This document shows positions 1 to 3,513 of a DNA stretch of 3,513 nt, one piece after another (within the stretch, counting starts at the first letter, position 1; each line of letters begins with the position of its first letter). Under the pieces are notes generated by a model that saw nothing but the letters and a program-made list of their open reading frames with translations, was not told the origin of the DNA and did not search any database. The stretch is from Escherichia coli. Lineage in GTDB: Bacteria; Pseudomonadota; Gammaproteobacteria; Enterobacterales; Enterobacteriaceae. The DNA lies in NCBI RefSeq assembly GCF_003334335.1, contig NZ_QOWQ01000083.1, one strand, 5' to 3'. A program made the translations under genes and the position numbers.

Positions 1-203
1 CTTGCTAAATCTTCCGTCGTGACATCAATGTGACCACGTAGTGACACGCCGTGACATGTCGTGACATTTCGTGACGCGCTCACCAGAAGGTGGATATACA
101 CTGCCATCACTGTTGCGATTGGCTGTCCTGATACCCTGGCAATCGTTCGCCACTTGGGGTCATTTGGCATGTCATGCCACAATCTGAGCCAGGCATTAGC
201 CAT
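1..203 (-). CDS. Partial CDS (5' end only, runs off the window edge): putative phage replication-initiator / replisome-organizer-like protein
   Basis: Hand translation of the - strand from ATG at 203..201 gives MANAWLRLWHDMPNDPKWRTIARVSGQPIATVMAVYIHLLVSASRNVTTCHGVSLRGHIDVTTEDLA... with no stop down to position 1. It is absent from the ORF track only because no stop lies in the window. AGAGGTG Shine-Dalgarno lies a few nt upstream of the ATG. The W-x-R-L...D-P-K...LL-x-A N-terminal pattern recalls phage replisome-organizer N-domains (from memory). It sits directly downstream of the cro/cII-like genes, where lambdoid phages place replication genes. Confidence 0.45.
   Translation of the reverse strand, partial: MANAWLRLWHDMPNDPKWRTIARVSGQPIATVMAVYIHLLVSASRNVTTCHGVSLRGHIDVTTEDLA
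19..76. repeat. Iteron-like array: six direct repeats of GTGAC(A/C/G) phased at 10-11 bp
   Basis: GTGACA at 19, GTGACC at 30, GTGACA at 41, 51 and 61, GTGACG at 71. Spacings are 11, 11, 10, 10, 10 bp, about one helical turn. The array lies inside the 5' coding part of the leftward partial ORF. Confidence 0.85.
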
Positions 204-271
204 ACTCACCTCTTCTGATACCGAACTTTACCCACGAACTTCCGGAAGAAATCCGGTATAAATATTGTTGG

Positions 272-697
272 TCAATGCACAACAACAGCATTACCAGGCT
301 GACCACCACTGTTAGTCAGGGTGCCCCAGGCGATCGCTACAGCGACAAAATCATCCACATCTTTCACCAGCCGATCCCGTCGTTCGACGATCTCCCGGTA
401 ATATTCAGAACTGTGACTGCGCATACGGGCCACCAGCAAAGGCGGCATCGCCTTTTCGATCGCCGGTAACAGAGCCTGCATTTTTTCAACAGCATCAGGG
501 GTGTCTTTATCCAGCCAACGGAAAATTTTCTGGGTATTACGGGCCAGGGCTTCCGGATGGCTGTCGTCATACAGTTCCGGGAACGTCATTCCCAGCTCGA
601 AATACGCTTTGGTAATTTTCGCAGCCGGTACTTTTTCGCCGTCCGGATGCGCCCAGACATTCATCGCCATGCGGATGTGTTCATGCTTGATTTTCAT
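272..697 (-). CDS. ydaT: YdaT-family protein (CII-like prophage regulator; historically annotated 'putative toxin YdaT')
   Basis: 141-aa ORF starting MKIKHEHI..., which matches my recollection of the YdaT N-terminus of Rac-like prophages. Its start overlaps the upstream cro-like gene by 17 bp (681..697), implying translational coupling, in the cro-then-cII order of lambdoid phages. Confidence 0.8.
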   Translation of the reverse strand: MKIKHEHIRMAMNVWAHPDGEKVPAAKITKAYFELGMTFPELYDDSHPEALARNTQKIFRWLDKDTPDAVEKMQALLPAIEKAMPPLLVARMRSHSSEYYREIVERRDRLVKDVDDFVAVAIAWGTLTNSGGQPGNAVVVH

Positions 698-953
698 GAA
701 TCAACTCCGGTGCATTTGATGTGTTAACCTTGAATCCAACAGGTAAACCATCGGTTGGGTTAGGATAAATATCAGGGCGAATTTCATGCGGGGTAACTTC
801 CCACTTCATTAGCTGACATAACGGAATTACCTGCTTTGGGGGAACGTCAAAGCTAAACCATTGCCAAACAGTCTGTTGAGCGACCCCCATATAACGACCT
901 ATTTCAGCTTGAGTGTATTTCTGCCTAATTTTTTCGCGAGTGCTATCTAGCAT
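681..953 (-). CDS. ydaS: Cro-like HTH DNA-binding protein (YdaS-like)
   Basis: 90-aa ORF with a helix-turn-helix signature (QAEIGRYMGVAQQTVWQW). GAGGAG Shine-Dalgarno lies upstream of ATG 953..951. It is divergent from the repressor gene at 1063 across a ~110-bp regulatory region and is followed by the overlapping ydaT-like gene. Confidence 0.7.
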   Translation of the reverse strand: MLDSTREKIRQKYTQAEIGRYMGVAQQTVWQWFSFDVPPKQVIPLCQLMKWEVTPHEIRPDIYPNPTDGLPVGFKVNTSNAPELIHENQA

Positions 954-987
954 TTTGCTCTCCTCTAAAAAACTATAAGCAAAGCCT

Positions 988-1025
988 ACAATAAAAAACT
1001 GTACACGATCAACAGTTTTTTATTG
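988..1025. promoter_or_regulatory. Operator-like inverted repeat in the divergent intergenic region (O site 1): CAATAAAAAACTGT-N9-ACAGTTTTTTTATTG
   Basis: Left half-site 988..1001 and right half-site 1011..1025 are reverse complements apart from one extra T, with a 9-bp spacer. The region 954..1062 must contain the promoters of the cro-like and repressor genes. Candidate -10 for the leftward promoter is TATAGT (reverse complement of 971..976). Candidate -10 TAAAAT at 1051..1056 would make the repressor mRNA nearly leaderless, as for lambda cI from PRM. Confidence 0.6.
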
Positions 1026-1062
1026 TGATGCTTTTAACAGTATTTACCTGTAAAATTGAATA

Positions 1063-1464
1063 ATGATGAACGCCCTAGAAGTATCTATGTACAGAATCAG
1101 CAAGCTTCTTCAGGAAACTGGATGGAGCCAGGCTGAGCTTGCCCGTAGAATTGGTGTGACACAACAAACTGTTCAACAATGGGTCAGCGGTAAGGCTACA
1201 CCTAAAGCCTCAAGTTTGGATAAACTGGTTGAGGTTACAGGGCATCCATTGCATTGGTTTTTATTGCCTCCTGAAGAGGGGGAGCAAATTTTCACCCCTG
1301 ACACGATGAAAATTGGTCCTCGTCAACGCGAACTGCTCCAGGCTTTTAGTGCGTTTCCAGAGGAAGACCAAGAAAAAATGCTTCAAGAAATCAAAGACAA
1401 GAAAAAATCAATGGAAGAAACCATTGCCCGGTGGTTGGCGGCACAAAAAAGCCGCCGGGCGTGA
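1063..1464 (+). CDS. paaR2: HTH-XRE family transcriptional repressor (CI-like); regulator of the three-component PaaR-PaaA-ParE toxin-antitoxin module
   Basis: 133-aa ORF with a classic XRE HTH (SQAELARRIGVTQQTVQQWVSG) in the N-terminal half and a Lys/Glu-rich helical tail. It is divergent from the cro-like gene and immediately upstream of the antitoxin-toxin pair. The paralog assignment (paaR2 versus paaR1) is from memory and unverified. Confidence 0.75.
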   Translation: MMNALEVSMYRISKLLQETGWSQAELARRIGVTQQTVQQWVSGKATPKASSLDKLVEVTGHPLHWFLLPPEEGEQIFTPDTMKIGPRQRELLQAFSAFPEEDQEKMLQEIKDKKKSMEETIARWLAAQKSRRA

Positions 1465-1491
1465 CCACAGTACAAGAAGAGGAGTTATGCC

Positions 1492-1683
1492 ATGAGTACA
1501 GCCCTTTCTCCGATAGTTTCAGAATTCGAAACTACCGAACAAGAAAACAGTTACAACGAATGGTTACGCGCTAAAGTGGCGTCAAGCCTTGCAGACCCTC
1601 GTCCCTCAATTCCACATGATGAGGTAATGGCTGAAATGGAGAATCTTATTGCTCAAATTGCTGTAACTAACAGGAGCGAGTAA
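1492..1683 (+). CDS. paaA2: Type II antitoxin of a ParE-family toxin (PaaA2-like, small and likely disordered)
   Basis: 63-aa ORF MSTALSPIVSEFETTEQENSYNEWLRAKVA..., acidic and low in hydrophobic core residues. AAGAGGAG Shine-Dalgarno lies 7 nt upstream of ATG 1492. Its TAA stop shares one base with the toxin start (TAATG at 1681..1685). Size and sequence match my recollection of PaaA2 from E. coli O157:H7. Confidence 0.75.
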   Translation: MSTALSPIVSEFETTEQENSYNEWLRAKVASSLADPRPSIPHDEVMAEMENLIAQIAVTNRSE

Positions 1684-1970
1684 TGTTACCCATTTTGTGG
1701 CTACCATCTGCTCGCGATGATTTCCGTCAGATCGTAGCCTATATTGCTAAGGAAAATATTCCTGCAGCACGCAGACTAAAAATACGGATTGAAACGTCTG
1801 TTTTAGCCCTCTCTGAGCATCCATATCTATATCCGCCAAGTGATCGAGTATCCGGTTTGCGGGAAATTGTGGTTCACCCTAATTATATCGTTTTGTACCG
1901 AGTAGCAGCTTCAAGCATTGAAATTGCAAATATTGTGCATGCCCGCCGACAATTTCCCTTCCCTATCTGA
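1683..1970 (+). CDS. parE2: ParE/RelE-superfamily toxin (ParE2-like)
   Basis: 95-aa ORF with the ParE-like pattern (N-terminal L-P-S-A-x-DF-x-Q-I-x-YI, central REIVV-x-P-x-YIVLYRV, C-terminal I-x-N-I-V-H-x-R-R). The start is coupled to the antitoxin stop, and CAGGAG Shine-Dalgarno lies 6 nt upstream. Confidence 0.8.
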   Translation: MLPILWLPSARDDFRQIVAYIAKENIPAARRLKIRIETSVLALSEHPYLYPPSDRVSGLREIVVHPNYIVLYRVAASSIEIANIVHARRQFPFPI

Positions 1971-1987
1971 ACTGAACAATTTTCACA

Positions 1988-2013
1988 CTCCCTCATTCGA
2001 GGGAGTTTTTTTT
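1988..2013 (+). terminator. Rho-independent terminator of the repressor-antitoxin-toxin operon
   Basis: Perfect 7-bp stem CTCCCTC (1988..1994) / GAGGGAG (1999..2005) with a 4-nt loop ATTC, followed by eight T (2006..2013), 18 bp after the toxin stop codon. Confidence 0.85.
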
Positions 2014-2023
2014 GCCCAACACA

Positions 2024-2067
2024 ACAATTAAAAACTGTTGACACAAAACAGTTTTTAATTGTAGATT
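2024..2067 (+). promoter_or_regulatory. Second copy of the operator inverted repeat (O site 2) overlapping a strong rightward promoter
   Basis: CAATTAAAAACTGT (2025..2038) and ACAGTTTTTAATTG (2048..2061) are perfect reverse complements with a 9-bp spacer, extendable to 15-bp arms at 2024..2062. Consensus -35 TTGACA (2038..2043) is built from the left half-site plus spacer, and -10 TAGATT (2062..2067) follows an 18-bp spacer. The half-site is the same as at 988..1025 apart from single-base differences. Confidence 0.65.
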
Positions 2068-2246
2068 ATTTCCACTACCCCACCCCGCCCCACAGAACGC
2101 CAGGCAATACTTCGAGTTACCCGGCAGTGGTCAGGGGTTAAGTAGCCAGCCCGAGGCGTATGAACATGACGGCGGGAACACTTTATATAACAGCGCAGCA
2201 GGTTTTTAGTTCCGCTACCCCGGCGTTAAGGGGAAATGAGGTCAGC

Positions 2247-2399
2247 ATGGATACTATCGAGCTTGGCAACAACGAATCTCTGGTATGTGGAGTATTCCCC
2301 AACCTGGACGGCACGTTTACCGCGATGACGTATACCAGAAGCAAAACGTTTAAAACGGAAGCTGGCGCGCGTCGCTGGTTAGCAAGAAACTCTGACTGA
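2247..2399 (+). CDS. Small prophage protein, YdfA/YdaF-like (DUF1391-type); start uncertain, ORF is open from 2160
   Basis: GAGG Shine-Dalgarno lies 5 nt upstream of ATG 2247, giving 50 aa (MDTIELGNNESLV...RRWLARNSD). This size class matches the ~51-aa YdfA/YdaF proteins that follow the repressor gene in Qin/Rac prophages (from memory). The upstream in-frame ATGs at 2160 and 2166 lie within a possible secondary promoter (TGAACA 2161..2166, TATATA 2185..2190). Confidence 0.55.
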   Translation: MDTIELGNNESLVCGVFPNLDGTFTAMTYTRSKTFKTEAGARRWLARNSD

Positions 2400-2497
2400 T
2401 GAAGGTTAGTAATTAAAGAGTTCTCCACAGGCGAAGTGGAATACGTTCGCCGGACACGGGTAAGCATTCGGCATGCTCTTTAACAATCTGGGTATTC

Positions 2498-2944
2498 CTA
2501 ACCACAAAGGAATCGCATCAATTTGGATTTTGCAGACAGTTTCTCTTGTTGTTCTACGGAGATTCCTATTTTGATCTGGGTTTTTAAGATTGCGATATCT
2601 TTAAGCGACGACCAAATATTATCATCTGTTTTTTCCAGGAGCTTTAACTGCATTTTCAATTCCGAATCGGAATATTTTTCTGCATCATCATAAAGCTGCA
2701 GATATTCTGCGGATTTTCTCATTGCGTTACCTGACTTTTGTCCGAATCCGTAAATCGTTTGAACGGTTGCTATCACAACAATGAGAACTCCAGAAACTTC
2801 AGGAATAAATCCACCAATGACAGATGAACCGAGGATAATACTCACCACTGAGAAAAGTTTATCGAGACGACCAGTCGCTACAGAGAATAGTTGTTCAAGA
2901 AAATAATCATATAAAACCCTGTCAAGAATATCATCCCGGTCCAT
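2498..2944 (-). CDS. Hypothetical small inner-membrane protein: N-terminal amphipathic segment, two predicted transmembrane helices, charged helical C-terminal tail
   Basis: 148-aa ORF with AGGTGA Shine-Dalgarno 6 nt upstream of ATG 2944..2942. Hydrophobic stretches LFSVVSIILGSSVIGGFI and GVLIVVIATVQTIYGF are separated by the short loop PEVS, then a Lys/Glu/Asp-rich tail follows. The gene is convergent with the YdfA-like ORF and visibly AT-richer than flanking genes. No homolog recognised from memory. Confidence 0.7.
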   Translation of the reverse strand: MDRDDILDRVLYDYFLEQLFSVATGRLDKLFSVVSIILGSSVIGGFIPEVSGVLIVVIATVQTIYGFGQKSGNAMRKSAEYLQLYDDAEKYSDSELKMQLKLLEKTDDNIWSSLKDIAILKTQIKIGISVEQQEKLSAKSKLMRFLCG

Positions 2945-3003
2945 ATATCATCACCTGCTTGTTTGATTGTTGCTGTTCCCCCTCTCCTCTGAAGGAGCTG
3001 GAG

Positions 3004-3192
3004 ATGGTTTTGGTCGAATGTTTTTCTCAGGTATATGTTTCCTGGTATTCGGAATGTCCGCCCTGTCCGCAGGCTTACCAGTACCTGAACAATTCTTTTG
3101 AACCACCATATAAAACACCTTCCTGTTGTTGGGGATATCCAGATTATACAGATTTCCTGTTATTGGGGAATGACGGAAACCACCTCGCCTGA
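3004..3192 (+). CDS. Hypothetical Cys-rich small protein (62 aa); may be non-coding
   Basis: Consensus AAGGAG Shine-Dalgarno (2992..2997) lies exactly 6 nt upstream of ATG 3004. Product MVLVECFSQVYVSWYSECPPCPQAYQYLNNSFEPPYKTPSCCWGYPDYTDFLLLGNDGNHLA has 6 Cys including C-P-P-C. An equally long low-complexity ORF overlaps it on the opposite strand, and no family is recognised. Confidence 0.25.
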   Translation: MVLVECFSQVYVSWYSECPPCPQAYQYLNNSFEPPYKTPSCCWGYPDYTDFLLLGNDGNHLA

Positions 3193-3407
3193 CGTGGTTA
3201 AAAGCAGGCACACAACACGAAAGCGCACGGCGAGATTCCTTTGCATATAAGGCTTGTCGTTAAATTTCTTCGACCGTGCACTTCCGGTTGTGGCAGTCCG
3301 CGAAATGGCGCGGCGGTAAGTATGGCTGGGGCTTCCTCCATTGCTCCAGAAAATGCACCGGGTCGTCAGGTTGACCATACGCTTAAGTGACAGCCCCGCC
3401 ACAATAC

Positions 3408-3465
3408 CCATGTGTAGTATTTGGTGGCATCAGTTCTACTCCGTGACTGCTCTGCCACCCTTTTT
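3408..3465 (+). ncRNA. dicF: DicF-like prophage small RNA (cell-division-inhibitor sRNA family), 3' end defined by its intrinsic terminator
   Basis: TTTGGTGGCATCAGTTCTACTCCGTGACTGCTCTGCCACCCTTTTT is near-identical to my recollection of E. coli DicF (..TTTGGCGGTATCAGTTTTACTCCGTGACTGCTCTGCCGCCCTTTTT). The terminal stem differs by one compensatory change per arm (GGTGG/CCACC versus GGCGG/CCGCC). The 5' end is approximate because DicF is processed from a longer transcript, and the 5' ~15 nt do not match my memory of DicF. Confidence 0.55.
3423..3465 (+). terminator. Rho-independent terminator (3' hairpin of the DicF-like RNA)
   Basis: GGTGGCA (3423..3429) pairs with TGCCACC (3453..3459), with internal CAG/CTG pairing, followed by C then TTTTT (3461..3465). 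Orientation is + only: on the - strand the T-run would precede the stem. Confidence 0.6.
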
Positions 3466-3513
3466 AAAGTGAATTTTGTGATGCGGTGAATGCGGCTATG
3501 CGCACGCGGAACA

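Noticed and set aside
19-76. Possibility that the short direct repeats are a CRISPR array
   Set aside because: The repeat unit is only ~6 bp with 4-5 bp spacers, far below CRISPR repeat and spacer sizes. The phasing matches a DNA helical turn instead.
239-256. Palindrome CTTCCGGAAG and adjacent CCGGA/TCCGG hairpin between ydaT-like stop and the leftward ORF start, considered as a terminator
   Set aside because: No T-tract follows on either strand. More likely a protein-binding palindrome or incidental; not enough evidence to call.
61-261. 66-aa + strand ORF from the six-frame track
   Set aside because: It lies opposite the - strand frame that starts at 203 with a Shine-Dalgarno and stays open to the window edge, and it spans the GTGAC repeat array. 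No ribosome-binding site is evident and the product is not protein-like.
275-719. Three track ORFs (275..469 +, 364..570 -, 501..719 +) inside the ydaT-like gene
   Set aside because: All are alternative-frame or antisense ORFs nested in a gene with a recognisable family signature and translational coupling. No independent start signals were seen.
1313-1495. 60-aa Lys/Arg-rich + strand ORF overlapping the 3' end of the repressor gene
   Set aside because: It is a frame-shifted reading of the A-rich codons encoding the repressor's Lys/Glu tail, which is a typical artefact.
2183-2467. 94-aa - strand ORF overlapping the YdfA-like gene
   Set aside because: It is antisense to an ORF with a good Shine-Dalgarno and promoter context, and no ribosome-binding site was seen. 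It would also have to initiate inside the convergent intergenic region.
2430-2479. Hairpins GGCGAA-N10-TTCGCC (2430..2451) and AGCAT-N5-ATGCT (2463..2477) between the convergent genes, considered as bidirectional terminators
   Set aside because: The stems are short, loops long and there is no adequate U-tract on either strand, so they do not meet intrinsic-terminator criteria. Termination here, if any, is probably Rho-dependent or absent.
2951-3411. Two - strand ORFs (2951..3211 and 3160..3411) upstream of the membrane-protein gene
   Set aside because: Their products are low-complexity Pro/Arg/Asn/Ser-rich strings. The first starts at GTG with no Shine-Dalgarno and the second has no recognisable start context. 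The first cannot be fully excluded as an upstream operon partner of the 2-TM gene, so it is discussed under the Cys-rich ORF finding instead.
3370-3420. Possible dedicated promoter for the DicF-like RNA (TTGACC at 3370..3375; TAGTAT at 3415..3420)
   Set aside because: The two hexamers are about 39 bp apart, and the -10-like element would start transcription inside the terminator stem. Processing from a longer transcript is more consistent.
2945-3513. Prophage attachment site or tRNA gene at the right end
   Set aside because: No cloverleaf-compatible segment or conserved tRNA boxes were recognised by eye. The gene content is an internal immunity region, not a prophage end.

Overview
This window reads as the immunity/early-regulatory region of a lambdoid (Rac/Qin-like) cryptic prophage of an enterobacterium. 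All identifications are from reading the sequence and from memory of the protein families; no database search was possible. Leftward (- strand) lie a Cro-like HTH gene (YdaS-like, 681..953), an overlapping CII-like YdaT-family gene (272..697), and the 5' end of a further ORF (203..1) whose first ~200 bp carry six phased GTGAC repeats. Rightward (+ strand), divergent from the cro-like gene, is a three-gene module: an HTH-XRE repressor (1063..1464), a 63-aa antitoxin (1492..1683) and a ParE/RelE-fold toxin (1683..1970). It matches the PaaR2-PaaA2-ParE2 three-component toxin-antitoxin system described in E. coli O157:H7 cryptic prophage CP-933P, and ends in a clean intrinsic terminator. A near-identical 14-bp inverted-repeat operator occurs twice: in the divergent intergenic region and again overlapping a consensus TTGACA promoter just after the terminator. 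Downstream are a small YdfA/YdaF-like ORF (2247..2399), a convergent AT-rich gene for a 148-aa two-transmembrane protein (2498..2944, - strand), a ~460-bp stretch with only one weak Cys-rich ORF, and a DicF-like sRNA with its terminator hairpin (~3408..3465). Most of the window therefore corresponds to described systems. The best candidates for something undescribed are the antisense-embedded 2-TM protein, the Cys-rich micro-ORF, and the variant 5' part of the DicF-like RNA.
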